DNA of 51,714 bases from the NCBI GenBank assembly GCA_042138065.1, contig JBHIUX010000001.1:1-51714 (forward strand), written 5' to 3'. The notes under the pieces are model-generated. The model ran no database searches. It was not told where the DNA came from and saw nothing but the letters and a program-made list of their open reading frames with translations. Origin of the DNA: Nitrosopumilaceae archaeon (GTDB lineage Archaea > Thermoproteota > Nitrososphaeria > Nitrososphaerales > Nitrosopumilaceae). Positions 25,802 to 33,047 of the stretch are shown here, one piece after another; the first letter of the stretch is position 1; the number at the start of each line of letters is the position of its first letter. The translations under genes and the position numbers were made by a program.

Positions 25802-26701
25802 TTAATTTTGCAAATTACCTGTTTTCGTAGCTTGTTTTAGGTAAGCCAAAATGCCAGTATAATCAAGATCGCCAAATCCATTTTCAATAGCTTTTGTGTA
25901 GATTTCTTCTGCCTCAGAACTCATTGGGAGTTTTACTCCAAAAGATTTCGCTGTCTCATTAATTGTGTGCAGATCTTTTTTTAGATTATTTAGAGTAAAT
26001 GTTGGTTTGAATTCATCTTTTATCATCTTAAATGCCTTGTTCTCACTCATTCCTGTTTTAAAATAAGTTGAATTTAGAATTTTTAGAAACACCTCAGGTT
26101 CCACTGACGTTGCCCGTGCTAGAGTAATTCCTTCAGAGAGTGCAAGAGCCAGCATTGCAATCTGAAGATTCATTGCTAGCTTTACCGAATGCGCAACTCC
26201 GTTTTTCCCAAGGAAAAAAACCCGGCTTCCAATTGTCTCAAAAAGATTTTTGAATTTATTAAACGCATTTTCATCACCTGATGCCATAACTACCAGTTTG
26301 CCATTGATGGCCACATTTGGTCCGCCCATTACAGGAATATCGAGCATAGTAATTTCATTTTCTTTGAATTCATCTGCAATTTTTCTTGATTCAATTGGGT
26401 TTATTGTACTCATGTCTGCCACAATCAAACCACTATGTTTTCCTTCCACAATGCCGTTTTTTTCAAAGGAGACCTGTCTTACAGCATTTGCATCTTTTAC
26501 ACAAGTAATCACAATATCGGAAGACTCTGCAACTTTTTTTGGACTGTCAGCAACAGAGGCGCCTTTTGTTTCTAATTCAACAGTTTTCTCTCTAGTTCTA
26601 TTATAAACTACTAATGAGAATCCAGATTCTAGTAAGTGCAATCCTACTGCGCTCCCAAGCATTCCTGTTCCAACTAGTCCAACATTACCTTCGTTCTTCA
26701 T
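25802..26701 (-). CDS. NAD(P)-dependent beta-hydroxyacid dehydrogenase (3-hydroxyisobutyrate / 6-phosphogluconate dehydrogenase-like)
   Basis: N-terminal VGLVGTGMLGSAVG Rossmann motif. 299 aa with an HIBADH-like C-terminal helical domain. Confidence 0.85.
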   Translation of the reverse strand: MKNEGNVGLVGTGMLGSAVGLHLLESGFSLVVYNRTREKTVELETKGASVADSPKKVAESSDIVITCVKDANAVRQVSFEKNGIVEGKHSGLIVADMSTINPIESRKIADEFKENEITMLDIPVMGGPNVAINGKLVVMASGDENAFNKFKNLFETIGSRVFFLGKNGVAHSVKLAMNLQIAMLALALSEGITLARATSVEPEVFLKILNSTYFKTGMSENKAFKMIKDEFKPTFTLNNLKKDLHTINETAKSFGVKLPMSSEAEEIYTKAIENGFGDLDYTGILAYLKQATKTGNLQN

Positions 26702-27086
26702 CTTTTAACTTCCATTTTTTAAAACCAAGTCGGGATGTTTCAAATTCTAAATGTCCAATAACTTTGTCACCTTTTCTTACCATCGCATAATCTGATTGCT
26801 TCATTGTAAATGTCCTCTCTTTTGGTTTGTATCCGCCCTCTATCACTCTCACTTTGAATCGTTTACTGGCTTTGACGATTAGCTTTCTTGCAGTTTGAAC
26901 ATCCCCCATCCAAGAGAACATTTCAAACTCTCCAAAATTTTTTGTTGAAATGTCATAGCCATAAAGTCTTGCTTCAAATTTTGACTTTGATTTTTCAGCA
27001 TGCTCATTAAGCCATGAGACTACCTGTTCTCCATATCCTTTCTCAACTCCAAATGTTTCAGAATCTTTCATGTCTAAATTATGCAA
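26685..27086 (-). CDS. Hypothetical protein
   Basis: 133-aa ORF. Its 3' end overlaps the start of the dehydrogenase gene by 17 nt on the same strand, suggesting an operon. I recognised no motif. Confidence 0.4.
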   Translation of the reverse strand: MHNLDMKDSETFGVEKGYGEQVVSWLNEHAEKSKSKFEARLYGYDISTKNFGEFEMFSWMGDVQTARKLIVKASKRFKVRVIEGGYKPKERTFTMKQSDYAMVRKGDKVIGHLEFETSRLGFKKWKLKDEERR

Positions 27087-27158
27087 AGGTATGTGAATAA
27101 TTCCGTCATAAAATCTTCTCCCTGTTAAACTAAAATATGAAATTTTGAATGGTATAGT

Positions 27159-27527
27159 ATGCTTACAGTAGACTGTAGTGAAGTGGAATCAATAAAGCAT
27201 GAATTACTCATTTACGTTTCAGATCAAGTAGCAGCTGTTCCAACATTAAAAATTCGTGAATTTACTCTGTCTCCTGTTGAAGAGCAGCAAAGTATTGATA
27301 AAAATGAAGTAATTACTGCTATCAAAGAATTTTTGGATTCGATTGGAGAATCTCGAAACTTTGCTGTAATTTCTAGCTCTAATGTTATTTTAATAAAATC
27401 AGTATCTGGAAAAACTATTGAGAGAGATGCAAAACCTGTGGCAAAAATGTTCTCATGCGCTCACTGTGGATTTGTGACCCAATATGAGGTAGAGCACAAT
27501 AATCATCAGAAAATTCATTATCTATAA
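27159..27527 (+). CDS. Hypothetical protein with C-terminal classical C2H2 zinc finger
   Basis: 122 aa. FSCAHCGFVTQYEVEHNNHQKIH gives C100-x2-C103-x12-H116-x3-H120. Confidence 0.5.
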   Translation: MLTVDCSEVESIKHELLIYVSDQVAAVPTLKIREFTLSPVEEQQSIDKNEVITAIKEFLDSIGESRNFAVISSSNVILIKSVSGKTIERDAKPVAKMFSCAHCGFVTQYEVEHNNHQKIHYL

Positions 27528-27817
27528 TTAAAAATTCTAAAGACTTTTCTTTTTCCATTCTGTGGCAGTTCGGATGATATGGAAAAATTGTATTGTGGGA
27601 ATGATTTTTCATAATCCTTTTGAAAACTAGTGGCTACTTTTTTTGTATGAAACTCTGTTCTTAAACCATCAACAACATTCTGATTTCCGAAAACGTCATA
27701 CACGATTAATGAATATTTTTTTGGTTTTTCATAATACCTCGCACTAAAAAGCCATAAGGTTCCAAACACAAAGATGAAAAACCCTGTGATTAGTTTGTCG
27801 AAGAATCTATTGTACAC
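27518..27817 (-). CDS. Hypothetical small membrane protein
   Basis: 99 aa with an N-terminal TM (LITGFFIFVFGTLWLF) and a basic C-terminal part. Confidence 0.35.
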   Translation of the reverse strand: MYNRFFDKLITGFFIFVFGTLWLFSARYYEKPKKYSLIVYDVFGNQNVVDGLRTEFHTKKVATSFQKDYEKSFPQYNFSISSELPQNGKRKVFRIFNYR

Positions 27818-27867
27818 TAATAAACTTCTGGCAGGATGTTTATAAGTACAAAGTACAAATTAGTTCT

Positions 27868-28044
27868 ATGAATGATTCAAGAAAAAACATAAACAAAATT
27901 TACTGCGAAAAATGTGATGCTGTTTTTGAATCAAGAGAAAAATTTGATAAACATCTTGAAAATCATTCATCTGTTTCTTGTGAATCATGTCCTCTTGATG
28001 TTGCAGTAGATAAAATTACCAAATTGTTTAGAAGAAAGAATTAG
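27868..28044 (+). CDS. Small classical C2H2 zinc-finger protein
   Basis: 58 aa, below the track cutoff: MNDSRKNINKIYCEKCDAVFESREKFDKHLENHSSVSCESCPLDVAVDKITKLFRRKN. It fits Y-x-C-x2-C-x3-F-x5-hydrophobic-x2-H-x3-H. Confidence 0.5.
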   Translation: MNDSRKNINKIYCEKCDAVFESREKFDKHLENHSSVSCESCPLDVAVDKITKLFRRKN

Positions 28045-28093
28045 GCCAATTTGGAAGAAATCTTTTAAATTATAGAAAAAATTTTGAACCTAG

Positions 28094-28762
28094 ATGGTTA
28101 AGAAAGGAATTATTTTTGGTGTAATTGCAGCTATTATTGTTGTTGGCATTGTCGCAACATCTGTATCTCAATTTGGTTCAGAAACAGTAAATCTAGATAT
28201 GCAAAGGATGCATGGAGACATTTCTACCGCCATGGGCTCACCAATACTTGGAAACCCTGATGCACCAATCACTATTGTAGAATTTGGTGATTATCAATGT
28301 CATCAATGTTACAATTGGTTCCATAATACAAAACCATCTATTGTTCAAAATTATATTGAAACAGGAAAAGCAAATCTGGTGTTTGTTGATTTAGCATTCT
28401 TGGGACGTGATTCTCCTAAAGCTGCACAAGCAACTTACTGCGCCGAAGATCAAGGAAAGTATTGGGAGTATCATGATATTTTGTATAATTCACAAGAAAA
28501 TAGAATTGATAATGGGTGGGCGAACTCGGAGCGACTAAAGGCCTTTGCATTTAGTTTGGGTTTGGATATGGAGTTGTTTGATAGCTGCCTTGATTCTGGA
28601 AAATACTCAAAACGTGTCTCTTACAACATAGATGAGGCTAGAAAACATGGTGCCAATGGCACACCGACATTCTTCATAATTGATTCTGAAGGAAATAAAC
28701 AAAAAATTGGAGGGGCTCAACCCTACTCTGTTTTTAAGAATGTAATTGACTCTATGATCTAG
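28094..28762 (+). CDS. DsbA-like thiol:disulfide oxidoreductase, membrane-anchored
   Basis: N-terminal signal anchor and a thioredoxin fold with C69-H-Q-C72 in FGDYQCHQCYNW. DsbA-like helical insert, then GTPTFFI. Confidence 0.8.
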   Translation: MVKKGIIFGVIAAIIVVGIVATSVSQFGSETVNLDMQRMHGDISTAMGSPILGNPDAPITIVEFGDYQCHQCYNWFHNTKPSIVQNYIETGKANLVFVDLAFLGRDSPKAAQATYCAEDQGKYWEYHDILYNSQENRIDNGWANSERLKAFAFSLGLDMELFDSCLDSGKYSKRVSYNIDEARKHGANGTPTFFIIDSEGNKQKIGGAQPYSVFKNVIDSMI

Positions 28763-29242
28763 ATGGAAGCAATAAAACTAGTTTTTTCAAATAAAATATA
28801 CATTGCACTAGCAATTGCAATTTTTATCGGATTACTTATCCCACTTTCAGTAGTCTCAGAGTATATTTTCTTAGATCCATATGTAGTTGGACACGTCCCT
28901 TCTGGAACCGAATTTGGTTTTTCTCTTATAGTGATTGTATCTGTATTATCTGGTTTAGTAATACCAATGAACATCTTTCGAATTAGAATAATGCATATTT
29001 CTAAAAAGAAAATGAGTGGAAGTGTTTTTGGTTCATTCATTGGCGCAGCTGCGGGGGCATGTAGCTGTGGTCCAATTGGATATGCGGTATTCTCTGCTTT
29101 TGGCAGTGTAGGAGCAGTAACTTCTTCATTTCTGACAGCGTATGAAATCCCATTAAGACTTGGTGCAATAGCTCTTCTTGGAATTGTTTACTACACAACT
29201 GTGCGATCATTAAAAATTGAATGTCAGCTCAACAAGTCGTAA
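28763..29242 (+). CDS. Four-TM membrane protein with intramembrane C-S-C-G-P motif (function unknown)
   Basis: 159 aa. The ATG immediately follows the TAG stop of the DsbA-like gene. It has GAAAGAC100SC102GPIG in the third hydrophobic segment and C154 near the C terminus. Confidence 0.55.
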   Translation: MEAIKLVFSNKIYIALAIAIFIGLLIPLSVVSEYIFLDPYVVGHVPSGTEFGFSLIVIVSVLSGLVIPMNIFRIRIMHISKKKMSGSVFGSFIGAAAGACSCGPIGYAVFSAFGSVGAVTSSFLTAYEIPLRLGAIALLGIVYYTTVRSLKIECQLNKS

Positions 29243-29282
29243 TTTTTTCTTTTAAATTCTAGTTCACTTTACATATTTTTGG

Positions 29283-29702
29283 ATGTCAGGAAAAAGTTGG
29301 CTGGGAGGAATTTTTCTGCGTAATAGAGGATACAACATTGTCCTAAAAGCTCTGAATCATTATAGAAAACGCGTCTCAACTGTTGGAAACGATCCGCAAT
29401 TGCAAGAATCTGCAATGAATCTTCGAATGCTAGTAGCTGAAGAAGGCAAAAAAACTGCACAAAAAGTAGATGTTGTAATAAAAATAATCAATGCTGGCAA
29501 AAATGATCCCAAAATGATGAATCAAGTTGAATTTGAAGTTCCATTGATCGAAAAAGCATTGAATTGTTACAAAGTTGACATTGAAAAAATTGGAGAGACA
29601 ATGCATGAAAGATATCTGGAGTTGTTTGATGAACCAAAAAACCTTCAATTTGATCTCCCATTGATTGATGAAGCTTTACAAGAAATCAAAAAGTTTGGTT
29701 GA
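29283..29702 (+). CDS. Hypothetical protein
   Basis: 139-aa ORF with helical-looking composition. No motif recognised. Confidence 0.4.
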   Translation: MSGKSWLGGIFLRNRGYNIVLKALNHYRKRVSTVGNDPQLQESAMNLRMLVAEEGKKTAQKVDVVIKIINAGKNDPKMMNQVEFEVPLIEKALNCYKVDIEKIGETMHERYLELFDEPKNLQFDLPLIDEALQEIKKFG

Positions 29703-29844
29703 GTCACTTTTTGCCAAAAGTTACCATTTGATACCGTTGTTACTTTGATCTGCGTAAATTGAGAAAAATTGAACAAAAAGACCAAAGATTAGTAACCTTG
29801 AAATCTATTTCCGTCCGCTTTCACTTGTTAACGTTGTCGATAAT

Positions 29845-29862
29845 ATTCGTCCCTATTCGTCC
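29845..29862. repeat. Direct repeat ATTCGTCC x2 at 10-bp phasing (a degenerate third copy follows)
   Basis: ATTCGTCC at 29845-29852 and 29855-29862, then AATCGTAG at 29864-29871. It lies in the 385-bp intergenic region upstream of nreA. Confidence 0.5.
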
Positions 29863-29949
29863 AAATCGTAGTACCTCAGAAACTGAGGAATTGGATGAAT
29901 CTGAAGAAAGATAATTCTGGGAATTATCTAATTTTTTTAAAATTAAACA

Positions 29950-30026
29950 CTGTAAGGGAAGAATGGCAAATGCCGTTAGAACGGGAGTTTAATCGTTCTG
30001 GATTTTTAGCATGTTGCCCCTTACAG
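29950..30026 (+). ncRNA. Candidate structured RNA element of unknown class (strand uncertain)
   Basis: Closing stem CTGTAAGGG (29950-29958) with CCCTTACAG (30018-30026). Inner stem GGCAA (29965-29969) with TTGCC (30014-30018). Hairpin AGAACG (29978-29983) with CGTTCT (29994-29999) around a 10-nt loop. About 77 nt in total. Confidence 0.25.
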
Positions 30027-30087
30027 TATTGGTTCATAATGATTAATCCAATATATTTAATGCGGAAATCCATGTTGAAAATTACTA

Positions 30088-31245
30088 GTGGTATCAAATT
30101 CTCGTGATATTAGGACTGCAATTGAAGCAAAATGGAATGAATATCTTTCAAAATATGGAAACCTGTTTTCATCTGATAGTGTAAGTGGTACTAGTCCTCC
30201 TTCTGTTTTTGTTGGAACATACAACTATCCTAAAGTAAATGTTGGTCCAATGGTCCCGCCAATTCATGGTGATACAGGAATACTTGATGCGCCAGAAAGA
30301 TGGACAGGTAAATCTTTAGATGAAATTGTAAACTATAGATTGAATTTAGTTCGTGGAATTCAAAAAGTCCCTGTAAACGATCCAACTGGTCGTTATATTG
30401 AAAATTTACAAGAACTTGCAATGTCTGAACGCGCAACTGATTCTGATGTTCAATTTACAAAAGCAACTAGTGCAGTTGGTTTACTTGATGGATACAATGC
30501 CCCATTTGGACCAATTGGTGAAATAAAATCTGCAAAGTTTTCAAACTCTCCTGTAGAAAGAAAAATTGAGAAGGTATACTATGATAGAGATTTGTTAGCA
30601 AGTGATGCAGTACTAAAGCTGTATAATTCTGGTATAGATATTTCACAAATACAAAAATGCTTTAGCATTGGAATGATGGGCAAGAAAAGAAAACTTGTCC
30701 CAACACGTTGGTCTATCACTGCAACAGATGATATTATTTCAAATGATTTAGTTCAGCAAGCTTTGGAATTTTCTGTAATTGATAGATTTGAGGTATACCA
30801 CTACGAGCACTTGGGAAATTTGTTTTCAGTTGTTTTGTTTCCGCATAGATGGCTCTATGAAATGATAGAGGCTTGGTACTCAAATGGAGTTTTAGGATTT
30901 GGTTCTGATCACGAGGGTGTTAAAGGCATTGATCATTCTCCTGAAATCGCTGGTGCATATTATTCAGCAAAACTAGCAGTTGCTGAACACTTGGTGGCAA
31001 ATCAGCTTCAAAGTGGGGCACTTGTGCTGCGGGAGATTCGTCCTGAATATGCCATCCCTGTTGGGGTTTGGCAGATTCGGGAAGGCGTACGAGAAGCCAT
31101 GAAACAGCAACCGGTGATTACTTCAAGCTTTGAAAATGCACTTGATGTTGCAGCAAAACCAATGAGCATCTCAAGAAAAGAGTGGCTTGAACACGGTTCT
31201 ATTGTTCAATTAATGAAACAAAAGACAATTTCTGATTTCTTTTAG
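30088..31245 (+). CDS. nreA: NreA-like DNA repair protein (DUF650/DUF651) with C-terminal PCNA-interacting PIP box
   Basis: SPPSVFVGTYNYPKVNVGP N-terminal motif. 385 aa. The extreme C terminus QKTISDFF fits Q-x-x-(I/L/M)-x-x-(F/Y)-(F/Y). GTG start directly after an in-frame TGA. Confidence 0.75.
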   Translation: MVSNSRDIRTAIEAKWNEYLSKYGNLFSSDSVSGTSPPSVFVGTYNYPKVNVGPMVPPIHGDTGILDAPERWTGKSLDEIVNYRLNLVRGIQKVPVNDPTGRYIENLQELAMSERATDSDVQFTKATSAVGLLDGYNAPFGPIGEIKSAKFSNSPVERKIEKVYYDRDLLASDAVLKLYNSGIDISQIQKCFSIGMMGKKRKLVPTRWSITATDDIISNDLVQQALEFSVIDRFEVYHYEHLGNLFSVVLFPHRWLYEMIEAWYSNGVLGFGSDHEGVKGIDHSPEIAGAYYSAKLAVAEHLVANQLQSGALVLREIRPEYAIPVGVWQIREGVREAMKQQPVITSSFENALDVAAKPMSISRKEWLEHGSIVQLMKQKTISDFF

Positions 31246-31276
31246 ACTTATCAATGGTAAAAATCATGCATAATGT

Positions 31277-31717
31277 GTGAGTGCATTAATCGGATATGCA
31301 ATTGCAGGTGGAATAATAATTTTAATTATTGTAGTTGCGGCTTTTATCCCACGTGTTAATTGCAGTGATACTTCATTATATTATGAAGGAAGAGTAGAAT
31401 TCATTTTTGATGGAGATACAATTCAAGTTGAAGGCTGTAAAATTAGATTACCTTTAGTTGATACCCCTGAAATAGGTGAACCGGGATATGAAGAAGCGAC
31501 AAATTTTACCGCAAGTCTTTGTCCAAAAGGTTCTACTGTTTTAGTTGATCAAGATGACTTACAGCCTCATGACAAATATGGTAGAGTACTAGGCAAAGTA
31601 ATTTGTTCTGGTAATGATCTAAGTGAAGAGCTTGTGAACAATGGTTATGCAAAAATTAGTAAACAATATTGTAATACAAGTGAATTTGCAGATGAATATT
31701 GGACTGAATGTAAATAA
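31277..31717 (+). CDS. Membrane-anchored thermonuclease (staphylococcal nuclease / SNase fold)
   Basis: N-terminal TM, then FDGDTIQV...IRLPLVDTPE...DKYGRVLGKV...LVNNGYAK. Six Cys residues suggest extracellular disulfides. GTG start. Confidence 0.8.
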   Translation: MSALIGYAIAGGIIILIIVVAAFIPRVNCSDTSLYYEGRVEFIFDGDTIQVEGCKIRLPLVDTPEIGEPGYEEATNFTASLCPKGSTVLVDQDDLQPHDKYGRVLGKVICSGNDLSEELVNNGYAKISKQYCNTSEFADEYWTECK

Positions 31718-31868
31718 AAAAAGTATGAACTTAATCAAATTTTCAAATTTGGGAATGTAACTACACTGTGTCACATTGCAGCGTAGTTTACTCAATTTGC
31801 CAGCGTGGAATGGTGAAAATAGTTAAATTTCCCGAAGTTAAATAAGTAATAGGGTATAGGGATAGTAT

Positions 31869-32102
31869 ATGGACAAGATTAGAAGCTTTAGAGAAACACC
31901 AAAGCAAGAGTACCAGCTAACTAGTGTTGAAGATCAAGAAATTGAATCCGAAAGCGTTTGGAATACTTTGCATGAATTTGGCATTTCAAAAGAGGATATT
32001 ATGAAACAAAATCTTAGCCATGAAGAACTATACAATATTCACGTTGCAGTAAAAACTTACCAGGACTGCCAAAAAGTACTCAAAGGTTTAGAAGAGTATT
32101 AA
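31869..32102 (+). CDS. Hypothetical small acidic protein
   Basis: 77-aa ORF. No motif recognised. Confidence 0.35.
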   Translation: MDKIRSFRETPKQEYQLTSVEDQEIESESVWNTLHEFGISKEDIMKQNLSHEELYNIHVAVKTYQDCQKVLKGLEEY

Positions 32103-32965
32103 CAAAAATTCTGAGTCACATAAACTCTATCTTTAGAATCAATAAACACCCCAATTCCTTCCCTATCAAAGTTTGAATTTAGAATATTTTTTCTATGTCC
32201 TTCTGAATTCATCCAACCATCAACTGCAATAAAAGATATTTCTTCATTAGTAAGCCAATCATATGAAACTGGAACTCCACCAAGTAGTTTCATAGATTCG
32301 TAAAGATTTCCTCTGAAAATATTTTCAGATAAACCAAAGTAATATGAGTTTCCAATCCATTTAAAACAACGGTATCCTGCATCTCTTGCTCTATCTGATG
32401 CATCAAGACCATCTAGATTCTCATGTGCAAAATAATTTTGATTTGACATGTCAATACTATGCAAACGTGCAATGTCTGAGATTTCATAATCAAATTTTAC
32501 AGGATCTAATCCATGCATTACTCGTTGCTCATTTGTAAACTTGTGTACAAGGATTTCAATAACATCGGGGTTGAATTCTAGTTTTGATCCTGTCACAGTT
32601 TGTCGTTCAATAATTCTTGTTTCATCAATTGTAATTTCTAGAGGCATGTCTGCCAAGTTTTCAGTATCTGAATTAATAATTTCAAATCCGATCTGTTCTT
32701 CAATGAATTGAATTAAGGTTGGTGAAAATACAAATACTACAATTATTGCTGCAAGTACACTTATTACAATTTTTGTTCCTGTTCTTGATTTTTTTTCTAC
32801 ATGATCGGCTCTAACGAGTCGGGAATCTGTTAGCTGTTCCACATTAGATTTATGCTCATTAGATTCAAGGTGTGCAATCCACTTTGATTTTCCTTTAATC
32901 TCGACCTGGCAAGCTCCACACCAAGCTACTGTATCGTCAGGATATGTTTCTGTCAACTGTTCCAC
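32099..32965 (-). CDS. CAP/SCP/PR-1 domain protein with N-terminal U1/matrin-like zinc finger and one TM helix
   Basis: The N-terminal finger is C16-x2-C19-x12-H32-x5-H38 (WCGACQVEIKGKSKWIAHLESNEH). The TM is IVISVLAAIIVVFVFSPTLIQF. The C-terminal CAP-like domain reads FTNEQRVMHGL...ARLHSIDMSNQNYFAHEN...GENI...WMNSEGHRKNIL...REGIGV. Confidence 0.75.
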   Translation of the reverse strand: MEQLTETYPDDTVAWCGACQVEIKGKSKWIAHLESNEHKSNVEQLTDSRLVRADHVEKKSRTGTKIVISVLAAIIVVFVFSPTLIQFIEEQIGFEIINSDTENLADMPLEITIDETRIIERQTVTGSKLEFNPDVIEILVHKFTNEQRVMHGLDPVKFDYEISDIARLHSIDMSNQNYFAHENLDGLDASDRARDAGYRCFKWIGNSYYFGLSENIFRGNLYESMKLLGGVPVSYDWLTNEEISFIAVDGWMNSEGHRKNILNSNFDREGIGVFIDSKDRVYVTQNFC

Positions 32966-33047
32966 TTAATTTTTCAAAGTAATATCTTTTCTAGAGGTAA
33001 TTTCTCATGCTCTAACCTTTTATGATCCATTTTTACTGGGTATTCCA

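Noticed and set aside
29950-30026. Classifying the 77-nt stem element as an H/ACA sRNA, tRNA-like element or fluoride/TPP-type riboswitch
   Set aside because: There is no ACA box immediately 3' of a lower stem with a two-sided pseudouridylation pocket and no K-turn or K-loop. There is no T-loop or D-loop consensus, and no match to the riboswitch cores I can recall. I kept it only as a structure of unknown class.
29895-30107. Track ORF 29895..30107 (70 aa), and the idea that it is a frameshifted N-terminal part of nreA
   Set aside because: Its translation (MNLKKDNSGNYLIFLKLNTVREEWQ...) has no Nre-like or zinc-finger motif. It coincides with the nested-helix element at 29950-30026, and an in-frame TGA immediately precedes the nreA GTG. 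I treat the region as non-coding, not as a pseudogene fragment.
31718-31731. Exact 14-mer AAAAAGTATGAACT shared by two intergenic regions (31718-31731 after the thermonuclease gene, 34055-34068 upstream of the secreted WW-repeat protein gene)
   Set aside because: In AT-rich DNA of this length, my rough estimate is that tens of chance 14-mer matches are expected across the window. The similarity decays immediately outside the 14-mer. Both copies being intergenic is mildly unusual but does not support calling a motif without genome-wide enrichment analysis.
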